A stretch of 64,000 nt of DNA. Origin: Botryllus schlosseri (lineage: Eukaryota). The DNA lies in contig CM119377.1 of the NCBI GenBank assembly GCA_051294905.1, positions 13,392,001 to 13,456,000 on the forward strand. The letters run 5' to 3'. Shown here one piece after another: positions 61,401-64,000 of this stretch. The translations under genes and the position numbers were made by a program. The notes under the pieces are model-generated. The model was not told the origin of the DNA, ran no database searches, and saw nothing but the letters and a program-made list of their open reading frames with translations. Within the stretch, counting starts at the first letter, position 1. The number at the start of each line of letters is the position of its first letter.

Positions 61401-63345
61401 GCAGTTATAGTTTTAGACTACTTTCACAGTTTTGTAGGTCAAACTACTCAGTTTTGCTCTTTTGATTTTGTAAAGTAGAAAGTAGTTTGACCAAGTCGAC
61501 CTGTTACGCGGTCCACTGCAAGAGTTGATGTTTAACTAACGACAGTTGTTGTCACAGCCGATCATTGCTCACATGCTCACTGATCAGTGATCCGCGCCAT
61601 GATTATGGCTGAAGCACTGACAACTCACTGAGCCACAGTGGCAGTCAAACTGATCAGAGTCGCTGAGGCTGAAGCCATGAATCCGACTATGGTTTTATCG
61701 CTTTCATAATTCATGTATGTTACAGCAATCCATGATTATTGATAATTACCGCAGCAATACAACAACAACAACAACAACAACCACAGCACTGAGTTCTGGT
61801 GTGCGGGAACTACAGATAGCTTTGGCATTGCAAAAAACGTTTACCTTCCCGTTGCTGCCCTGCAACGGAGAACTGTTTTTCCTCCCATTTTCGGACATAC
61901 CGCACGCAATCGACTTCGACGCTCTTTCTATATCTGTCGGCTGATTGCGTGATGGACAATTCACACGCGATTCTATCGCAAGAGCGAGGTCTAGAGAAAC
62001 GGAAAAGAAAGAGGTATAGCATAGGCGTTTGGTTCAAATTAGTAAATTAACATTCAGTAGCCATAACTTCATCGCACCTTACCAATATCAGAATCTTGGG
62101 CCGATACAGATTTCGCCGATATGCCCTATTTTGGGCAATAAAGTCATTATTTCAATTAAATCTTTTAATTAGTTCTGTGAACTTATTATATTTACAACAA
62201 AAATGCAACTCAATTGTAGTTAAGAAAACACAATTTTCGGCATTTTCAGTAGGAGGGGACTCCATATTACCCACATGAATTAATCCAGTTCCAGTAGTAG
62301 CGAATACTTGAGCAATCGTAGGAGTGGCGGCGTCATTGAAAAGGGCGATAAATATCGACCGAAGTTAGCCGATACCGATATTTCTACGGATACATAAATC
62401 GGTCGGACTGTATTTGCGTGTGCCGCATCGGTTAGAGCCAGCAATGATACGGGATTTCTCGTCTAAATTCTGGCTGACCTCTGGAGTGCATAACACTCAC
62501 TCACGCGTTGACTGATAACGAAACGCATGGTTATCTATCTCCGTGAAAGGTTCAGTATGGCATCAGAGTAACACTTGCTAACGACGGGAAAACATGAGCA
62601 ATTAGGACTTGATGAGATTCCATTATACACGGTTATTTACGTGCAGGACATTGTTAACACGATCGCTACCTAATAAAAATTCAACAGCGCGAAGTAGTTG
62701 CTCATTCAAATATGTCCAGATGGTTCGGATCCAAACACGAAAGGGATGTCAGTACAAGGGGCATACTGTGCGAAACGCTCTCGGGCCAACAACGATTTAA
62801 GGTAATATCGAAGGACACACATATGCTAGATTACATGTCTACAATATTTGAGGCATTCACCGGATATGGTTGAATGGACAGTGGACACTGGACATGTCCG
62901 GAATAGGATAAAATAATATAGTACATCCTATTTCATTTTAGATTCCCAAACTTATTATGTCATCGTTACTCTGACCATACAACTATTTGAACTTGAACAC
63001 AGAGTATATTTTGGCTAGTATGCTAAGCCCAGATTAGTTCCTTTTGCTTTGGAATGGTATTGAATTATCGATGTATTGCCATGTTATAAGGTCGACTTAC
63101 TATCCATCAGTCGAGAGCGGTTGATGAGACATACCTGTTGCGGGGATTTCTTGCTCCGTACAGGTGCTTGTTTTAGAATCTGACCCTGGCTTTATTTCCG
63201 GGTCACTGTCGATGCGCATTTCGTCTTGATCGTTCATTTTCATATCGCTGCACTCCGAAGATCTCAGGTTTGTTTCATCACCAGACTTTGCGCAAATATG
63301 ACTAAGGTCTACGGAACCATGAATCGGATTGTGATATTTGGTGTC
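22462..63345 (-). CDS. ZFHX3/4: Zinc finger homeobox protein, ZFHX3/ZFHX4 (ATBF1, zfh-2 family) orthologue; 28 coding exons in window, 5' end outside window
   Basis: Four homeodomains ([27 protein letters not shown]; [28 protein letters not shown]; [25 protein letters not shown]; [20 protein letters not shown]). Family-specific fingers are also present ([19 protein letters not shown]; [41 protein letters not shown]). All 27 junctions are GT-AG and phase-consistent; total 7389 nt. Confidence 0.97.
22625..22887 (-). CDS. ZFHX3/4: ZFHX exon 27 ([19 protein letters not shown])
   Basis: Follows a 59-nt intron; cgattccag / GCT|gtaagt; phase 1 to 0. Confidence 0.82.
22947..23074 (-). CDS. ZFHX3/4: ZFHX exon 26 ([14 protein letters not shown] finger)
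   Basis: ttattgttccag / G|gtaagc; matches C.LC..RDHIFSQQH. Confidence 0.92.
24065..25829. mobile_element. Non-autonomous hAT element (1765 bp) with GATTAC subterminal arrays, in ZFHX intron 25
   Basis: 12-bp perfect TIR CAGACATGGGGT; perfect TSD ATTCTCAC at 24057-24064 and 25830-25837. Confidence 0.95.
25896..25969 (-). CDS. ZFHX3/4: ZFHX exon 25 ([12 protein letters not shown]..)
   Basis: Follows a 57-nt intron; AG|gtaatt. Confidence 0.97.
26027..26202 (-). CDS. ZFHX3/4: ZFHX exon 24 (homeodomain 4 N-part)
   Basis: ttcttgttcag / CAG|gtaatt; [25 protein letters not shown]. Confidence 0.97.
26610..26915 (-). CDS. ZFHX3/4: ZFHX exon 23 ([15 protein letters not shown])
   Basis: ttctctatacag / G|gtaagc; 306 nt open, GC-rich; phase 1 to 1. 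Confidence 0.88.
28170..28282 (-). CDS. ZFHX3/4: ZFHX exon 22 ([12 protein letters not shown])
   Basis: catttcatttctcag / G|gtaagc; phase 2 to 1. Confidence 0.85.
28586..28800 (-). CDS. ZFHX3/4: ZFHX exon 21 ([26 protein letters not shown])
   Basis: ttctcctccag / GG|gtaagt. Confidence 0.97.
28905..29290. mobile_element. AGTA-motif MITE containing a 97-bp tandem duplication (28905-29098); related pieces at about 1320-1530, 26340-26450, 41040-41140, 58615-58650
   Basis: cagtagagtt(t/g)gtc(a/g)aagtagtaa(c/t)cgtagatactc... repeats at 28905 and 29002; the right end gtacttcgtgactgaccatctccg resembles gtattccgttactgaccacctctg at 26450. Confidence 0.75.
29454..29614 (-). CDS. ZFHX3/4: ZFHX exon 20 (homeodomain 3 N-part)
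   Basis: Follows a 64-nt intron; [19 protein letters not shown]|gtagaa. Confidence 0.97.
29679..32806 (-). CDS. ZFHX3/4: ZFHX exon 19 (3128 nt; two fingers, poly-Q region, homeodomains 1 and 2)
   Basis: Corresponds to ORF 29368-32772; tactttttag acceptor, G|gtatat donor; HD1 about 31210-31030, HD2 about 30500-30325. Confidence 0.97.
32874..33015 (-). CDS. ZFHX3/4: ZFHX exon 18 ([26 protein letters not shown])
   Basis: ctccacttttacag / AG|gtaagc; leads into the FTCSHC finger (cf. NFTMEKFLDPSRPYKC). Confidence 0.88.
34610..34691 (-). CDS. ZFHX3/4: ZFHX exon 17 ([21 protein letters not shown]); alternative in-frame donor at 34664
   Basis: ttttcaattatacag acceptor; donors G|gtactt (34610) or G|gtaagg (34664), both phase 1. 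Confidence 0.6.
34753..34827 (-). CDS. ZFHX3/4: ZFHX exon 16 ([16 protein letters not shown])
   Basis: ttccatttag / CAG|gttcga followed by a 61-nt intron; phase 0 to 0. Confidence 0.6.
37168..37268 (-). CDS. ZFHX3/4: ZFHX exon 15 ([19 protein letters not shown])
   Basis: cattgacag / GAG|gtaggt; phase 1 to 0; linker with no homology anchor. Confidence 0.65.
37433..37553 (-). CDS. ZFHX3/4: ZFHX exon 14 ([17 protein letters not shown]..)
   Basis: Follows a 60-nt intron; tattcgcag / G|gtatgt; His pair of the finger. Confidence 0.9.
37614..37724 (-). CDS. ZFHX3/4: ZFHX exon 13 (VYECKLC..HKAAQH..KCPMCP)
   Basis: attctttcccag / CCG|gtaaga; C2H2 finger. Confidence 0.92.
38623..39590. mobile_element. 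hAT Charlie/Buster-type element (968 bp) in ZFHX intron 12
   Basis: TIR (T/C)AGTGGTTCTCAAAC; perfect TSD CTCTAGAT at 38615-38622 and 39591-39598; GGGGGGCGCGA subterminal motif at both ends. Confidence 0.95.
39768..39829 (-). CDS. ZFHX3/4: ZFHX exon 12 ([21 protein letters not shown])
   Basis: gctttttag / AAA|gtaagc; phase 1 to 0 bridges exons 11 and 13. Confidence 0.85.
39975..40128 (-). CDS. ZFHX3/4: ZFHX exon 11 ([14 protein letters not shown]..)
   Basis: Follows a 69-nt intron; gtttcgcactag / A|gtaagc; His pair of the finger; phase 0 to 1. Confidence 0.88.
40198..40299 (-). CDS. ZFHX3/4: ZFHX exon 10 ([17 protein letters not shown])
   Basis: cattttcttcag / AAA|gtaagt; Cys pair of the next finger. 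Confidence 0.88.
42667..42768 (-). CDS. ZFHX3/4: ZFHX exon 9 ([26 protein letters not shown])
   Basis: ccattccag / CAC|gtaagc; matches LKCNACDYYTNS.EKLRLH...RH. Confidence 0.92.
45659..45793 (-). CDS. ZFHX3/4: ZFHX exon 8 ([25 protein letters not shown])
   Basis: atgtttcag / AAT|gtaaga; matches LKANFQLHCKTDKH..HIKEGGK.NEW. Confidence 0.95.
53628..53887. mobile_element. 260-bp MITE with GG termini and 8-bp TSD (Merlin-like), containing degenerate CCTAACCC repeats
   Basis: Perfect TSD AATAAGGT at 53620-53627 and 53888-53895; imperfect TIR GGGTTGCCCGACA vs GGGTCCGTGGACA; GCATGCGACA/TGTCGCATGC subterminal motifs. Confidence 0.8.
56146..56340 (-). CDS. ZFHX3/4: ZFHX exon 7 ([26 protein letters not shown])
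   Basis: ttttccttgctcag / CAG|gtatgg; matches LFQCAVC..EDEW..YQCKLC.YNTQ; not in the ORF track in this frame. Confidence 0.93.
56859..57485 (-). CDS. ZFHX3/4: ZFHX exon 6 ([26 protein letters not shown]-rich region)
   Basis: ttctttccag / AAC|gtgagt; phase 0 to 0; overlaps ORF 56802-57392. Confidence 0.93.
58380..58559 (-). CDS. ZFHX3/4: ZFHX exon 5 ([26 protein letters not shown]..); alternative in-frame donor at 58338
   Basis: gctttcag acceptor; CCG|gtaata donor (or CAG|gtttga 42 nt further); conserved finger. Confidence 0.92.
60211..60334 (-). CDS. ZFHX3/4: ZFHX exon 4 ([26 protein letters not shown])
   Basis: ttttccaacag / AAG|gtatgt; conserved sequence; phase 2 to 0. Confidence 0.95.
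61203..61348 (-). CDS. ZFHX3/4: ZFHX exon 3 (..[19 protein letters not shown])
   Basis: Invariant ZFHX motif; ccattaacag / AG|gtgact; phase 0 to 2. Confidence 0.92.
61757..61781. repeat. (CAA)n microsatellite in ZFHX intron
   Basis: tac aacaacaaca acaacaacaa cc run; it explains the poly-T and poly-V stretches in spurious ORFs. Confidence 0.9.
61845..61990 (-). CDS. ZFHX3/4: ZFHX exon 2 (DLALAIESR...GSNGK)
   Basis: Strong ctctttcttttccgtttctctag acceptor, AAG|gtaaac; phase 1 to 0. Confidence 0.75.
63135..63345 (-). CDS. ZFHX3/4: ZFHX exon 1 in window (DTKYHNP...EIPATG)
   Basis: tttatcttgccag acceptor, G|gtatgt donor, open frame, phase 0 to 1 fits the next exon; no homology anchor. Confidence 0.7.
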
Positions 63346-64000
63346 CTGGCAAGATAAAGAGAAATATGTTAAAGACTACGACGCATAATAAGCTATAATT
63401 TGAATGAGATGATAAATAAATTAATTCGCGCCTAATGCGCGATAAAGTACATTTAACTATATCCAGATACGTTCACTTTTGTTTGCAAGCAGGCTTTCGA
63501 TAGAGTTCTTCCAGGGGAACATTGTAAAATCAATGTATAGGATCCACTGTCGAGGTTCTCAAGTCTGAACTAAACGAATGTTCCTGACCATCCACAATTC
63601 TGCCGCTGTGGACAACATATCCAAGAATTTGGGTTAGCCGAGGTTAACTGTAATCAAATTACTATCCCTGATTGCCACCACGCGAATGTAAATGCGGTTT
63701 AATTATATCTCATGTGGATATGATTTAATGTTTAAGAAATTTGTAATTGCTCGCTAATGACTGGCAATGTATGTTGCGCCATAGTGATTTACTTCGTGAA
63801 GTTATCGCAACATCGCTTTTGAAATCCCCTTAATGTACTTGCCAATTGATATTGCTTGCTGACATGCTAACGTTTGCTCGGCTTACAAACGGATAATACG
63901 ACATACGCACCGCTTCCAAACGGAACGGTGTCTCTTGCAAGTCTAGTTAACCATCTTAGAATACGTTAAAGGCTAATTAGATATTTGTCTTGGTCGTAAA

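Overview
This is eukaryotic (animal) genomic DNA, AT-rich, with many 57-72 nt introns. It is most likely from an invertebrate chordate such as an ascidian; that is inferred from the chordate-type four-homeodomain ZFHX protein and the intron style. Two minus-strand protein-coding genes were reconstructed by hand from GT-AG sites and reading-frame phase. (1) A ZFHX3/ZFHX4 (ATBF1/zfh-2 family) zinc-finger homeobox gene. It has 28 phase-consistent coding exons from 63345 down to a stop at 22462, about 2460 codons inside the window, with the 5' end beyond position 64000. It encodes four homeodomains and about 14 recognisable C2H2-type fingers. (2) A BARD1 orthologue whose RING domain is split over three small exons (10013-9235) that the ORF track misses. 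These are followed by a ~1 kb linker exon (3990-2971, the 341 aa ORF) and probable small exons; the ankyrin/BRCT exons were not found and probably lie left of position 1. Introns and the intergenic region hold many non-autonomous DNA transposons whose TIRs and target-site duplications can be read directly: hAT (8-bp TSDs), piggyBac (TTAA) nested in a CACTA-type element, Merlin-like, and an AT-TSD family. There are also relics of an RLE-clade (NeSL/Utopia-like) retrotransposon, an L2/CR1-type LINE and a Charlie/Buster transposase. Most short ORFs in the track are spurious. No rRNA, intact tRNA or CRISPR array was found. All exon boundaries and family calls come from manual reading and remembered family motifs; no database search was run.
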